Made by a program: the position numbers and the translations under genes. 64,000 bases of DNA. It comes from Octopus vulgaris. Taxonomy: Eukaryota. The stretch's first letter is position 1. Each line of letters starts with the position of its first letter. Shown here one piece after another: positions 37,866 to 51,310 of this stretch. The stretch covers positions 72,106,001 to 72,170,000 of the forward strand of contig OX597833.1 of the NCBI GenBank assembly GCA_951406725.2, read 5' to 3'. Below the pieces are notes generated by a model. The model did no database searches. It was not told where the DNA came from and was given only the letters and a program-made list of their open reading frames with translations.

Positions 37866-38366
37866 AAACATGGTTCTGGGTTCAGTCCCACTTTAAGCAA
37901 GTATCATCTACTATAACCTCGGTCCAACCTAAGACTTGTGAGTAGATTTGGTAGACGGAAACTCTGTGTGTGTGTGTATGTGTGTAGTTCAAGTTTATAG
38001 AAAACAAAATACGAAGACAGGTGAAGGAACAACGAGCAGGTGTATTAGTCTAATGCTCGAGAAGAATGGAAAAGTCTTTGACGTTTTGAGCCGATGCTCC
38101 TCAACAGAAAGGATTGATAGGGAAAAAGTGTGTAGGGATTAACGGTCCAGCATGATAAAATGTGTGTGTGTGTGTACTTGTCTTTGAGTCGTCCCCCACC
38201 ATCTGGTGTTGGTGTGCTTATGTCTCCATAGCTTTGTGGTTCTGCCAAAGAGACAGTATAACTACTAGGCTTTAAAAAATAGTTCTGGGGTCGATTCATT
38301 TGACAAAACACTCTTCATGGTGGTGCCCCAGAATGGCCACAGTCTAATAACTGAAACAAGTAAAAG
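37866..38366 (+). mobile_element. SINE family B, interrupted at its (TG)n tract by a pLTR-like insertion (about 37985-38160)
   Basis: The two SINE halves are colinear with 52581-53019. Confidence 0.7.
38076..38111 (-). ncRNA. degenerate minimal hammerhead ribozyme
   Basis: Minus strand CTTT-CTGTTGA-G-GAGC-ATCG-GCTC-AAAAC-GTC-AAAG; same architecture as 22601-22635 with two core substitutions. Confidence 0.55.
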
Positions 38367-39029
38367 GTGAAAAATAGAAGATATATGTATGATGTGTGTG
38401 TGTACGTATATGTATATCGTTGGAAAAATATACATATACGTTTTATATATATATATGTTTTATATATAAAGGTTGTTCTGCCAGGCCTGATCTTTCTATC
38501 TTGGTTCGACTACCATCCGTGCTACGTTTATATTCCTCCCTGTGCCTGTTAAATCTTATGTCTCTGCCATAAGGCTTTACTTCCACACATGCCAGTCAAC
38601 AGACACCTGTTGTTATGTCCTGTTAATTGCATTTGTATTTGTGTAATATTTCTCTGTTTTTTTTCTGTCTTTGTTTTCGTATACATTCACTGCTTTCTTC
38701 CAAGGAATCTAATGCTCTTAGCTTATTTTTTCTTTGGGGCTGGCCAGATTGGAGCAATCTTGAGTATAACTAACCAAAATTGCAAAGATAATCTGGAACT
38801 TGACTGAGGATAGAAAACTCTGAATGACCCATCCTTGTTTTCCTTGTATCGTCTGTCTGGATGCTTTGTTGCCCCTTTTTTGTATCACCTAACTGTCTGG
38901 ATGTTTTGCATTCTTGTCCCATTTTTGTATTTTATATATATATATTTATAATAATAAATATTAGGGAATAAATCCAAATTTACAGGGAAAATCAGATTTA
39001 GGATTGAATCCAATTTTATAGTAAAATAT

Positions 39030-39265
39030 TATATAATATTAATTAGAGACAAAACCACTATTTTGCAAATCAAACAAAGAAAGACTTAATCCAATACATA
39101 AAAAAATGTTAATATAAATTAAATAAAATTATATTCGCCACTACAATTGTTTCATGTCTCTTCTCAGGACATTCATCAGGTGGATTTCAGATCTAAAAAT
39201 AATCAATATTTTTAAGATATAAATTTAAAATGACTAAAACTATCAATAATATAAATTTATCAATG

Positions 39266-39313
<48 letters not shown>

Positions 39314-39490
39314 CTATATATAATCTATATATAATCAAGAACTAAATTAACTAAATTAAGAGACATGAAACAATTGTAGTGGCGAATATAATTTTATTTA
39401 ATTTATATTAAAATTTTTTTATGTATTGGATTAAGTCTTTCTTTGTTTGATTTGCAAAATAGCGGTTTTGTCTCTAATTAATATTATATA
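39030..39490. repeat. inverted repeat with arms of about 133 bp (39030-39162 / 39358-39490), probably an inverted Penelope pLTR
   Basis: Arms are nearly identical; the left copy continues into a complete hammerhead. Confidence 0.9.
39138..39183 (-). ncRNA. canonical minimal type I hammerhead ribozyme
   Basis: Minus strand CCAC-CTGATGA-ATGTC-CTGAGAAGA-GACAT-GAAAC-AATT-GTA-GTGG; all core nucleotides and stems are intact. Confidence 0.85.
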
Positions 39491-39492
39491 TA

Positions 39493-39647
<155 letters not shown>

Positions 39648-39659
39648 TATATTTATATA

Positions 39660-40450
39660 TTGTTTGCGTGATGCCATGTTGATGTGTGTGGTGTGCAAGA
39701 AGTAAGATAGAGGGGAACCTCAGTTAGATTTCTTGCAGGTAAGAGACAAATTCAGATGGAGTAGATGGTGTAGGTATACTGTTAGCAGAAAACTGGGTAG
39801 ATGAGGTAACTGAAGTAGTCAGAGTATGTGATCGAATTATTAAGATAAGACTTATCATAGATAAATTAACAGTTACACTTATCTCTGCCTATGCTCCTCA
39901 GTCTGAGCTGACTGATGAGTAGAAGGACCAACTCTATGTGGTCCTGCTGCAGACTACCTCAACAACAAATGACAGAGACTTTGTTATTGTGACTGGTGAC
40001 TTCAATGGACATGTTGGATAGCATCTCCATGGATCCCAAGGAGTGCATGGGGCTATGACTTTGCACCTAGTAGTGAGGAGGGAACAAGACTGCTGGAGTT
40101 TTGTGATGCAAATGATCTCATGATCTGGAACACTAACTTCAGAAAACCAGCCAGCCACCTAATCACTCATCAGTCTAGTGGGCACATAAGCCAGATTGGT
40201 CACCTCTTCACTAGGCAATGAGATAGATGGATAGTTAAAAATACAAAGTGTTTCCCAGGTGAAGAGTGAACAACCCAACATAGGTTACTAGTTAGTAACT
40301 TAGAATTAGAGCCTGAAAGAGAAATAAACCAATCCGGAAAAGAAAACTATGGAAGCTCAAAGATCCAGCAAACAGACAAAAATTTATAGATTTACTAATG
40401 GAAGCTTCTGATGAAATAGAGGAAGAGTTGGGGGACATATAGCATAGAAG
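39660..40450 (+). mobile_element. degenerate RTE-like LINE, AP-endonuclease region
   Basis: Remnants LISAYAPQSEL and IVTGDFNGHVG. Confidence 0.8.
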
Positions 40451-40454
40451 ACTT

Positions 40455-41513
40455 CGAAAGTAAATAGTAGTGACCTCTCTTGAAAAATCAGCATTGTGGT
40501 GTTATCAAGTACCTTCAGGAAAAGGGTTTAGCCACCAAGGACATTCATGTTGACATGATTGCTACATTAGGGGATGATGCTCCAGCTTTATCAATAGTTC
40601 AACAGTGAGCAGTTAAATTAAAGATGGTAAGGGAGAGTCTTGAAGATGACACAAGGTCTGGACATCTTGAAACTGCCACTACCAAGGAAAACATAGATTG
40701 TGTTCACCATGTGATGAATGACTGACAATTGATTATAAATCAAATAGACAATGCTGTTTGCATATCCCATGAGAGAATCAAGAATATTTTGCACAATGAA
40801 GTTGACATGCTGAAGGTTTCTGCTTGATGAGTTCCACCTCTTCTGGCACTTGATCAAAAGTGTACCAGGCTGATTGTGTCACAGGAAAGTCTGACATTGT
40901 TTGAGGCAGATCCAGTTGGTTTCCTCAAACAGTGAGAATATCAGTTACGCTACAAAACAATAGGCGTTTCATCTGCAGAAAAAGTGATGGCGTCAGTTTT
41001 TAGGATATAAAGGCTTTGTGCTTACTGACTATCTTGAAAAGGACCAAACCATCATTAGGGAGTACAATGCCAACTTGTTGAGGCACTTATGAAAAGTTAT
41101 CACGACCAAATGTCCAGAAAAACTGGTGGAAGTGGTCTTGTTTCATCAGGACAATGCTCCAATACACATGTCCTTGGTTTCAATGACTGCTGTGTGTGCT
41201 GTAGCTTAGAACTGGCTTATCATCTTCCCTATTCTCCTGATTTGGTTCCATCTGACTATCATCTGCTCCCCAACATGAAAAAACACTTGGTTGGGAACCA
41301 GTATCACAGTGATGATGATGATGTTGCATCTGCTATTAATGACTTTTTTGACCAACAGGATGAAAGCTTCTTCACCAATGTGATTCAAGCACTGCAACAG
41401 CGATGAAAGAAGTGAGTGGACCACAAAAGGGACTATGTTGAAAAATAAACCTCATTTGGTTACATTCCATGAGAGTAACTGGGTCAGCCTGTGAACTTTC
41501 CAGGTGACCCTTG
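40455..41513 (+). mobile_element. mariner transposon, degenerate transposase
   Basis: PYSPDLVPSDYHLLPNMKKHL (YSPDL and third catalytic D); ends ...GACCCTTG followed by TA. Confidence 0.85.
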
Positions 41514-41658
41514 TACTGCTGCATTTGACAATACTGATGACTCAACAAACATGCTCCTGAAAGAAGCTTGTTATATACATATATATGGCTAACAACTAGC
41601 ACAGTGTGCTTGAAACTCAAGAATACCAACAAATTTGAATCAATCTGTTTTGCTCCAT

Positions 41659-41719
<61 letters not shown>

Positions 41720-41723
<4 letters not shown>

Positions 41724-42903
41724 CTAGAAATAGTTGATAGTTTCCGTTACCTAGGTGACCAAGTCAGCAGCGGGGGCTGGTGTGCTGAAAGTGTAACTGC
41801 TAGAGTAAGAATAGCTTGGGCAAAGTTCAGAGAGCTCTTACCTCTGCTGGTGACAAAAGGCCTCTCGCACAGAGTGAAAGGCAGACTGTATGATGCGTGT
41901 GTACGAACAGCCATGCTACATGGCAGTGAAACATGGGCCGTGACTGCTGAGGATATGCGTAAGCTCGCTAGAAATGAAGCCAGTATGCTCCGATGGATGT
42001 GTAATGCCGGTACTCACACTCGGCAGAGTGTAAGTACCTTGAGAGAAAAGCTGGACCTAAGAAGCATCAGTTGTGGTGTGCAAGAGAGACGTTTGCGCTG
42101 GTATGGTCATGTGGCGAGAATGGATGAAGATAGTTGTGTGAAAAAGTGCCACACCCTAGCGGTTGAGGGAACCTGTGGAAGAGGCAGACCCAGGAAAACC
42201 TGGGACGAGGTGGTGAAGCACGACCTTCGAACTTTAGGTCTCACTGAGGAAATGACTAGAGACCGAGACCTCTGGAAGTGTGCTGTGCGCGAGAAGACCC
42301 GGCAGGACAAGTGAGTCCACAACCCGTGGCCTTCTACATGGGATGGAGCCAGCCTACGTATGCATATCTTCCCTTCTTGGGACACAAAACTCTACTTGTG
42401 AAGACGTGTTGAGGCAAGTGAGGATCAGAATCGAAATCGATCAATGGAAATTGCGGATGTGCTACCAGTGCCGGTGGCATGTCGAAACTCTGCTTGTGAA
42501 GACCCATTGAGGCAAGTGAGGATCAGAATCGAAATCGATCAATGGAAATCGATCAATGGAAATTGCAGATGTGTTACCAGTGCCGGTGGCATGTAAGAGA
42601 ACTTTCCGTTTCGCGACCGTTGCCAGCACCGCCCCGTTTCGTGTCCGTTGCCAGCCTCGCCTGGCCCTCGTGCCGGTGGCACATAAAAAGCACCATCCGT
42701 TCGTGGCCGTTTGCCAGCTCTGTCTGGCACCAGTGCGGGTGGCACGTAAAAAGCACCCACTACACTCACGGAGTGGTTGGCGTTAGGAAGGGCATCCAGC
42801 CGTAGAAACACTGCCAGATTTGACTGGGCCTGATGAAGCCTTCTGGCTTCACAGACCCCAGCAGAACTGTCCAACCCATGCTAGCATGGAAAACGGACGC
42901 TAA

Positions 42904-42935
<32 letters not shown>
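41720..42935 (+). mobile_element. young RTE-like LINE, 5'-truncated, with repeat-containing 3' UTR and (GAT)n tail
   Basis: ORF 41850-42314 KGRLYDACVRTAMLHGSETW...RLRWYGHV...RGRPRKTW. Confidence 0.92.
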
Positions 42936-42947
42936 ATATATATATAT

Positions 42948-43560
42948 ATGAGGGAACCTGTGGAAGAGGCAGACCCAGGAAAACTGGGACAAGGTGGTGA
43001 AGCACGACTTTCGAACTTCAGGTCTCACTGAGGAAATGACTAGAGACCGAGACCTTTGGAAGTGTGCTGTGCGTGAGAAGACCCGGCAGGACAAGTGAGA
43101 TCATAACCCGGGATGTGCCAGTCCACTTATGCATACCTTTCCTTCTGGGGACACAAAACTCTACTTATGAAGACCTGTTGAGGCAAGTGAGAATCGAAAT
43201 CGATCAACATCAATGGAAATTGCAGCTGTGATACCAGTGCCGGTGGCACATAAGAGAACCATCTGAACGTGGCCGTTGCCAGTGCCGCCCCGACTGGCCT
43301 TGTGCCAGTGGCACATAAAAAGCACCATCCGATCGTGGCCATTTGCCAGCCTCGTCTGGCACCTGTGCTGGTGGCACGTAAAAAGCACCCACTACACTCA
43401 CGAAGTGGTTGGCGTTAGGAAGGGCATCCAGCCGCTGAAACATTGCCAAATCAGACTGGACCTGGTGCAGCCTTCTGGCTTCCCAGACCCCAGTTGAACC
43501 GTCCAACCCATGCTAGCATGGAAAGCGGACGCTAAACGATGATGATGATGATGATGATGA
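42948..43560 (+). mobile_element. second 5'-truncated copy of the same RTE family, head-to-tail
   Basis: Matches 42165-42935 with its own (GAT)n tail. Confidence 0.9.
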
Positions 43561-43574
43561 TATATATATATATG

Positions 43575-44081
43575 CTGTAAATCCTCGAGTATAATCTGCA
43601 TTTTTTTCCTAAAATTTAAAGGTCAAAATCCCTAGTGCGTACTATATATGAGGTTAAAAATGAAAAATATTTTCTAAGCAATGTCCGAGTCTCTATCTGC
43701 TGTCCGGCAATGTTTATTCAGACGCATTTTGTGATGTCGGGTGCGAAAATACCTTAAGCTAAGCCTGAAAGCAATGAAGTCATAAAAGAATCATCCATTA
43801 CTTGCAGTAAGCAACATTTATTAAGATAAAAGTATTCAGAACACAGTAACAAAAACAATTTGCAAACATATTTACATTCCCATATAACAGTTAAGAACAT
43901 CACCATTATTGTATTACGCATGCATGGAAGTGTTTGTTCGACTAGGTGCTGCTGGCTTAATTACGCACGACTCAAGTTAGAGAAGTATTATATACAAGGT
44001 TTAAATTTTTCAGAAGTACAGCCCCCTAAAAATCCCCTGCATATTAATACTCAGGGGCAGACTATACTTGAGGATTTACAG
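43575..44081. mobile_element. pogo/Tc2-like MITE
   Basis: TIR CTGTAAATCCTCGAGTATAATCTGC / GCAGACTATACTTGAGGATTTACAG in a TA context. Confidence 0.8.
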
Positions 44082-44121
44082 TATATATATGTATATACAT
44101 ACATACATACATACATACATA

Positions 44122-44283
44122 CAACAGGCATCTTTCCATTTCTGTTTACCAAATCCATTCACAAATCTTTGGTCAACTCAAGACTGCAGTAGAAGACATT
44201 TGCTCAAAGTACTGCACAGTGGGACTGAACCTGCAATCACACAGTTAGAAAGCAAGTTTCTTAACTACACACCTTTGCCTGTA
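44122..44283 (-). mobile_element. SINE family B, 5' part, decayed
   Basis: Inverse of 52581-52745. Confidence 0.7.
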
Positions 44284-44575
44284 AAACTTCTTTTATTATC
44301 ATCATCATCATTATCTCTTTCTTCTTGGACTTTCTATTTCTACAAACTTATCTTGGAGTTGACTGTGCATTAAAACTAATTAGGTTAATTTGATAATGAG
44401 TCATTTAATTAACAAGGTTGTCTATTTTGATTTGTACATGTGTTTGCTTGTTTGTGTGTGTGTGTGTGTGTGTGTGTAAACCTTATTGTATGTCAGTGCC
44501 AACTACTTTCAAGTCTCATGGTGAGACTTGATATATAACTTTCCATATTTAACAAGAAAAAAATTATTTAGGTAC

Positions 44576-44578
<3 letters not shown>

Positions 44579-44631
<53 letters not shown>
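44579..44631. repeat. (AG)n microsatellite
   Basis: Directly visible. Confidence 0.95.
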
Positions 44632-44636
<5 letters not shown>

Positions 44637-47097
44637 AGGCACAAAATATCTTGATTATAAAGCTGTATGAGCAAGAATTTGTTCTCTAGAACCAATGTGG
44701 ATACTTCTGTGTGGTCACTTCTTCTATTAGAATTAGCTAAATCTTAAATTATGTCCACTCATTTAAAAAAGAAACAAAAGACACATTGAAGTGTGCTGTT
44801 CTAGATATATGAAAAGAAAGGATAGGCAGCTGGAATGCCTTTGTTTATATATGACAGCTCAATCAAGACTAACATAGGATTAAATTAAATACTGTGGTTT
44901 CCAATCCTAAAGTCATATCTCCCTTTAGAAATCATTGATCAAATTATTCCTTAATAATTGTAGCAGAGGGTTCCTAATGTAACAGTTTTTAACCATTGTC
45001 TTCCAGCAAATATAGCTTATACATCTATGGCATCATTAATATTTTTGAAAAGCTGAATGAAAAATTTTGGGTGGAGGGTCACAAAGTTGTCAAAGGATTG
45101 GGAACCACTACTGCTCTAACCATTTTCCTTTTATTTTACTGGTTGCAGCCATTTAACTGAGGTTGTGCTGGGGTACCACCCTCAACAGTTTTTAATTGAC
45201 TATGTTCATCACGGTTCTTTGTTTGCTACTTATTTTATTGATTGAGCAATTCATGATAGCGTCGTGAATTCTATGATGAAATGTCTCAGAATTATCCTCC
45301 AATGGGATTGTACCAATCTTATCTCCTTCAACTAAAAAGCAAGAAGAAAGAAAAGAAGAAAACACTATCATTGCAAATATCAAGAAAATATCATTGGGTT
45401 TCAACCCTCTTAAACATGAGCAGTATGCAACCAGAACCTTTGCAATTGCTCCAAATGTTAGGCTTCACTGTTTCTTTTTGAGAGCACACATTCTTAACAT
45501 AACAAAAGCTGGACTTTCTTTTCACTTGCACAAAAAAAAGTATGAAAGTGTAACGATTGAAGTGTGACCCACAATAGAGTACTGCTTCCACATCTATACT
45601 GTTACACACAGACACCTAACAATGCTTTCAGAGAAAGATTACTCAGCTGATTACTTTGAACTCACAAACACAATTCAGATCATGCTCCTTTCTCTGATTT
45701 TTCTACCAATATTACAGTAGTCTTTGATTCTTGGAATTGGTTGGTTTCATTCCACTTCCATTCAGGCAAAGGTGACTTTATCAGGATTTAAAATTCTTCA
45801 TTAGTAGCAAAAATTTAAAAGGTTCCTAGAATAAAAATCTGATTGAGGGCTTTCAATATGAATACTTAAAAATAGGTGGTTTTGTATCACAGAACCATAA
45901 ACTTTGGGTAGAATGACATCTTCCTCTCATTTCTTTCATTATAATTTCATTCACAACTAGGATGTTGAAGAAAACTACTAGATCAACCCAGTACTTGATT
46001 AGAACTTTATTTTAAAAGATGGAAAGCAAAATTGATCTTGGCAGGATTTAAACTTTTTTTTATTATTAACTTAAAAGAATCTTTGCATGAAATTGTTATA
46101 GATTTTAATTTAAATGGTGGATTATCTATCAATCTTGACAATGAGCATTCAATTGATTAGCCAAATGAATTGCTACTCATGAAATCAATGTGCAAATGAC
46201 TAAATATTCGAGACATGCATACTCTTAATACAATTCTTACACTGAATAAGTATGACAAAATGTGATAAAGCTGGACCTTATGAATTACAGGTATAATCCT
46301 GAGAGAAGGAAAAGAATCAATCCCAATACTGGATCAATACTTTTGTTATTGAGTCTAAAAGATGAAAAGCAAAATTGATCTTTGCAGGTTTCTGCAGTTT
46401 GATTTAAATATGAATACTTTAAACAAATGGTTTTGTATCATAAAACCAATCTCAAACGGGTTGATATCTCCCTCTTAGTATTTTATCGTAATTCCAATCT
46501 TTTATTATCTGTTAGTGTATCTGTATGAATCAGTAGTATTCTCTAAAGAGAGGTTACTCCCTAAAAAGATAAACTCAGTTATTTGATAAATAAGAGTGAA
46601 TAAAGTGAGTACTAGACTCAGTACTGGGTTGATAGATTGTACTAAAACCAACCCTTAAATACGCTACCTCAGCATGGTCACAATTCAGTGACTTAAGCCA
46701 GTAAAAGAATAAATACTGGTCCCTAAAGGCCACTAGAGTTTATGAGGTAATTATATCTTGTCCTTTGCTCTGTACTAAGATAGTAAAGCAGAGCAAGCAA
46801 ATGATCCTCTATGCCAGGGGATGGAGAGTTTTTATAGTACCTGGAGAGAATTGAAAAAAACATAAGAACCTGTATGGAAAACACACAGAGAAAAATAATG
46901 CATCTTTAATTTTACAAATTCATTTGTATGTAACTTATATTTGTGTGTAACTTTATTGACTTTGAGAGAATGAAAAGAAATGTTGACTCGAATAAATACC
47001 ACAAGGTATTTTGTCCAATGTTGTAATGATTTTGTCAATTCACTGAGTTATTTAAATAGACACATACATAAACTCAATTCAATATTCTGCAAGTTAG

Positions 47098-47330
47098 GAC
47101 AGTGAGTTGGCAGAATCAAAGCATGTTGGGCAAAATGCTCAGCAGCACTTCATCCATTTCTGCATTCTGAGTTGAAATTCCACCAAGTTTGACCTTGCCT
47201 TTTATACTTTCGGGCTGATAAATTAAGTACCAGTTGAGCTCTAAGGGGTAATTGACTTACCCCTCCCCCACCGCGAAATTACTGGTCTTGTGCCAAAACT
47301 TGAAACCAATATTATTCTGCAAGCCCAGCT
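47098..47330 (+). mobile_element. SINE family A, heavily CpG-decayed
   Basis: Alignable to 3789-4172 with most CG changed to TG or CA. Confidence 0.75.
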
Positions 47331-47799
47331 TGTTTAACCTTTGAACTTTGCTTTGTAAAATATAAAGAAAGGAATTTAAAGTTATCTCTGGAACCCAAAT
47401 AAATAAAACGTTGCTTTTTTTTAATACTCTCTCTCTCTCATAAATGCGCGTGTGTGTGTGTGTATCCATTTTCTATTTTATCCCAATTAATTACAATCTC
47501 TCTTACCTCCTCCTCTCTCCTGCACTTTCTCTCATTTCGTCACTTTTCCTTCACCTTTCATTTAGTTATTTAAGCATTACGCTCTGCAATGCTGACAACT
47601 TGTAAAGGTTGTTTAAGCATTTCGAGGTTATCTGTCCTCAACCCTTTATGCATAATTTATACCTAAATTAATTATATAATTCAGAGACATTATCAAGTAG
47701 GCTTGAAAAATAATATCTTAATCAATATTAACATATTACATGCAGAGTTAGCTTTTTATTGCTTCCCCATATTAAATACATTTAACTTTAGCTCAACTA

Positions 47800-49562
47800 G
47801 ATACAGGTATCTCCAGGTTATGCTGTATTCCTAAAAATCTTGCCATAATCACATCTGCTATAACTCTTAAAGAACACCTAAGAGAAATCTACAGTATATA
47901 TAGTAATGAAATTGCTAAGCAGAAGCAACCTAGATGGAAAACAAAACTAGAAGAAATCATCAACAATCTATGTTGCCATATTGGATGGCTAACCATGATA
48001 ATAAGATGTAAGAGCAATAATGAGTTTAAACCTCATCAATTTCATCTTATGAACCAATTAACAAAACTGTATAGTGATTCTTCACACTGCACTCGTGAGG
48101 GTAGGTTAATTACTCTAAAACACAAACTCAGGGCTCTGGATAAAAAATTTCACTACCACAGGCACATTCTTGGATGAGCCTGTGTAAATCACAGGTATGC
48201 TTCTAACCCACAGACAGTATATAGAGAGATGAGGAAGGGAAATATTATCGTTAAGAAATCCCCTTTCCAAGAAGATCTTGAACCATTCTGGTTGAAAATC
48301 TGGAACAAAAAGAGGAATCTCAACCTCACTGAATCATGGCTAAATGCAGTAAGGAAAAAATACTGTAGCAGCATCAACAGTAAAACATGCAATTGAAACT
48401 TTCACCATAGTTGAAGGCAAACCACGTGATGAGAAGACACCTGGTAGGCACCTAATACTTGGATACTGGTGGAAGAGGCTGACATTTTACAGGAAACCAC
48501 TAGTAAGTATATTCAAAATTATTATGGAAGGACAGTTTGACATACCAAATTGGCTCGCTATAGGACAGATGAATCTTGTAGCCAAAATGGAACCATCAAG
48601 TTGTCTGAAAACTATGGGTCCATTGCTTGCCTAAACATTATTTACAAACTGTACACAAGCTGCCTTAACCAATTCCTCCAGGATCAGTGTGAGTCCAACA
48701 ACATAGTGACCAGAATTTGGGGATGTGCTGAACAACTTCTGATAAAAAACATCGTAGGAGCCTTACAACAGTATGGCTTGATTATAGGAAGGCATTTGAC
48801 TCTATTCCCCTCTTGTGGCTGCTGTGTCTCTTTTTGGCAAAGTGCCTGCTACATCATCAAGGTACTGCCTCCTTATGTGACTTGATGTTATCGCAAAAAC
48901 AATATACAAATCGTCAGTCAAACTGTCCAATCCATGCCATCATGGAAAGCGGATGTTAAACAATGATGATGATGATGATAATGAATGCTATCCAGGAAAA
49001 AAGATTGTACTGGAATAAATATAGAGAATCCCTGATGTTGAATATGTACACAAATATCAGCACAGGCAATGATAGTGGAACATTCCCATCAAAGCATCTG
49101 TCAAGTGTAAGCATAACAGGCCAGGTATTGTTTGGAAGAGACAAGAAAAAGTATGTACCATCATAGAGGTCAGCTGTCCTGCTGATGTGAATATCTCTTT
49201 GAAAATCAAAGAGAAAGAAAATAACTATGAACAACTGTTGTGAAACATCTAGCTCTTATATCCGGATTGCAAATTTACATTTAGACCAACAATAATTGGA
49301 ACATTTAGTTTTGTAAGTAAATGCCCAACTGTCAATCTGGATAAGCTTGGATTTTCAGAAAAAGAAATCAACCGACTCATACACTGCAAATAGAGTCTGT
49401 GAGCAGAACAGTAAAACTATGCCAGACTTTTCTCTCAAGTTTAAAATGTTACATTATTTTTGTTATCTACATTCCTATGATGGAGCTTTGTATCTTTGTT
49501 AGAAACTAGCTCCTTCTTCAGGGCGAAACATTTAAATGATTAAAAACAGAAGTGACATACAT
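47800..49562 (+). mobile_element. degenerate R4/Dong-like LINE fragments ending in (CATA)n
   Basis: ENYGSIACLNIIYKLYTSCLN and WGCAEQLLI (RT); IEVSCPADVNI (RLE); 3' UTR shared with 10640-10730. Confidence 0.8.
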
Positions 49563-51124
49563 ACTTACTTATATACATTGACACATACATACATACATTC
49601 ACACACACACACATGTATGTGTATTGTGTGTATGTATATATATATCATTATTTTAACTTCCACTTTTCTATGCTTGCATTGGTCAGAAGGACTTTGTTGA
49701 GGTAAATTTTGCATGACCAACCAGATGCCATTCTTGTTGCAAACTCTCAACTGTTTCCAAACAAAGTAATATCTATCCATCCATCCATCCACCACCCCCC
49801 ACACACACATGGGTGCGGTGAATATATTGTCGTCTAAATTACACAAAAATGAAAATAACACTGACATCTCATTTCAACAGATATATTTATGTGTCATGGT
49901 GGTATTTTTCTCGTAGATGGGGCCCAAAAATCAAAAACAATGTGCATGCACGAAATTAGAAATATAAAACGTCAACAATTTACTCATTGCACCCTGTATG
50001 TGACTGAAAGGTGTCTATGACACACACACACATTTACAGGGTGTTCTTAACCTCGTAGTCATGCCTGTACCTATTTGATGTATGTGTGTGTGTAGGTTTA
50101 TACCTTTAGATATATGTACTTTTGAACATGTATTCACACACACATACATCCATATAGCCTCTCATCCCTCTAACATATCTACCCTTCAACCCTCTTGTCT
50201 CATAGATCTGTTGTCACTCACTTGCTTGTCACTTGTGTCTTCCATATGACTTTTGCCTCTGTCATTAAATCCTCTACTGCTCATCTCTCCATCATTCTTT
50301 CCTCTTCTCACCCTCACTGTACCATACTCTTGATGTCACTAATGATAGCAGTGCATCTTTTCAGCTCACTATACATTACTCCCAGTATAACTAGGAATAC
50401 CATGGAACCTATCTGATCCTCTGCATCACCTCATCCCTCCTTTTCTCATCCTTATCACCCAATCACTCTCATTATCTTGAGGTATATACTTCAGGAATCT
50501 GCAGCTACTTCATACACAATGTATACTCCCAATTGCCATTTGGTATTGACAGCTTTCATTCATTCTTATTTCCATACATCCATCTATTGCTATCCACTAT
50601 CTCACATCTATCCTCTCCAGTGCAGGTGTCACAATAAAATACACACAGTTCATTCTTCCTAAGTGTAAGATTATGAGGTCCCTTCAATTTTGTTGAAGAC
50701 ATAACAACCTCTCTAGTGCTGGTGCTGAAAAATGCATCCAGTACACTCTGTAAAATGGTTGGCATTTGATAGTGCATCTAGCCATTAAAACCATACTTTC
50801 TTTTTATCAATCTTTATTTAACAAAAGGTTAGGTTCACCTGTTTGATTAAATTCCTTTGGAAACATAAGTTAGATCCCTTTATATTTTTTAGATAGTTGT
50901 TTTAAGGACACAGAATGCTTGTGTCCCATAGCCAACTGGAAATGGTGTTTCCTGAGGCTAAATATCAATAGCATTCTTCCCTTTCCTGGGACTTCCACAT
51001 TAAGTTGGTAACAAACCATCACTTTAGCATGCTGCTACTGTATAAGTCTATCTCAGAGATTTGGAAATGCAATATTTAAAATTTTTTTTGTCTTTTATTT
51101 ATTATTTAAATTTTTGTTTTTCAG

Positions 51125-51310
51125 AATTCCTCATTGACATGGAGTTCAAACAACGGTTCTTGGCCCCAGTTTACCGACTGCTTTCAAAAAACAGTTCTTG
51201 TATGGATACCTTGTGGTTGGTTGTTTCTCACACTGCCTTATTACTCATATTACCTCATCACAACTCGTGGAAAATCTAGGCATATCACATTTTTTAGCAT
51301 TTTAAAAACT
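51125..51310 (+). CDS. ABCC1: ABCC1/MRP1-like, exon 2 (TMD0)
   Basis: ag acceptor, NSSLTWSSNNGSWPQFTDCFQKTVLVWIPCGWLFLTLPYYSYYLITTRGKSRHITFFSILKT, gtaagt donor; 186 nt, phase 0/0; matches human PDFTKCFQNTVLVWVPC...KT. Confidence 0.95.

Noticed and set aside
38755-38825. GAGTA...CTGAGGA-TA-GAAAACTC as a type III hammerhead
   Set aside because: Essentially no stem II and no convincing stem I; cannot be supported from one copy.
45192-45615. Minus-strand ORFs with a signal-peptide-like hydrophobic start
   Set aside because: No splice or homology support; hydrophobicity comes from an A/G-rich plus strand, which itself weakly resembles a decayed Penelope ORF (NYPP, NKS, FTC).
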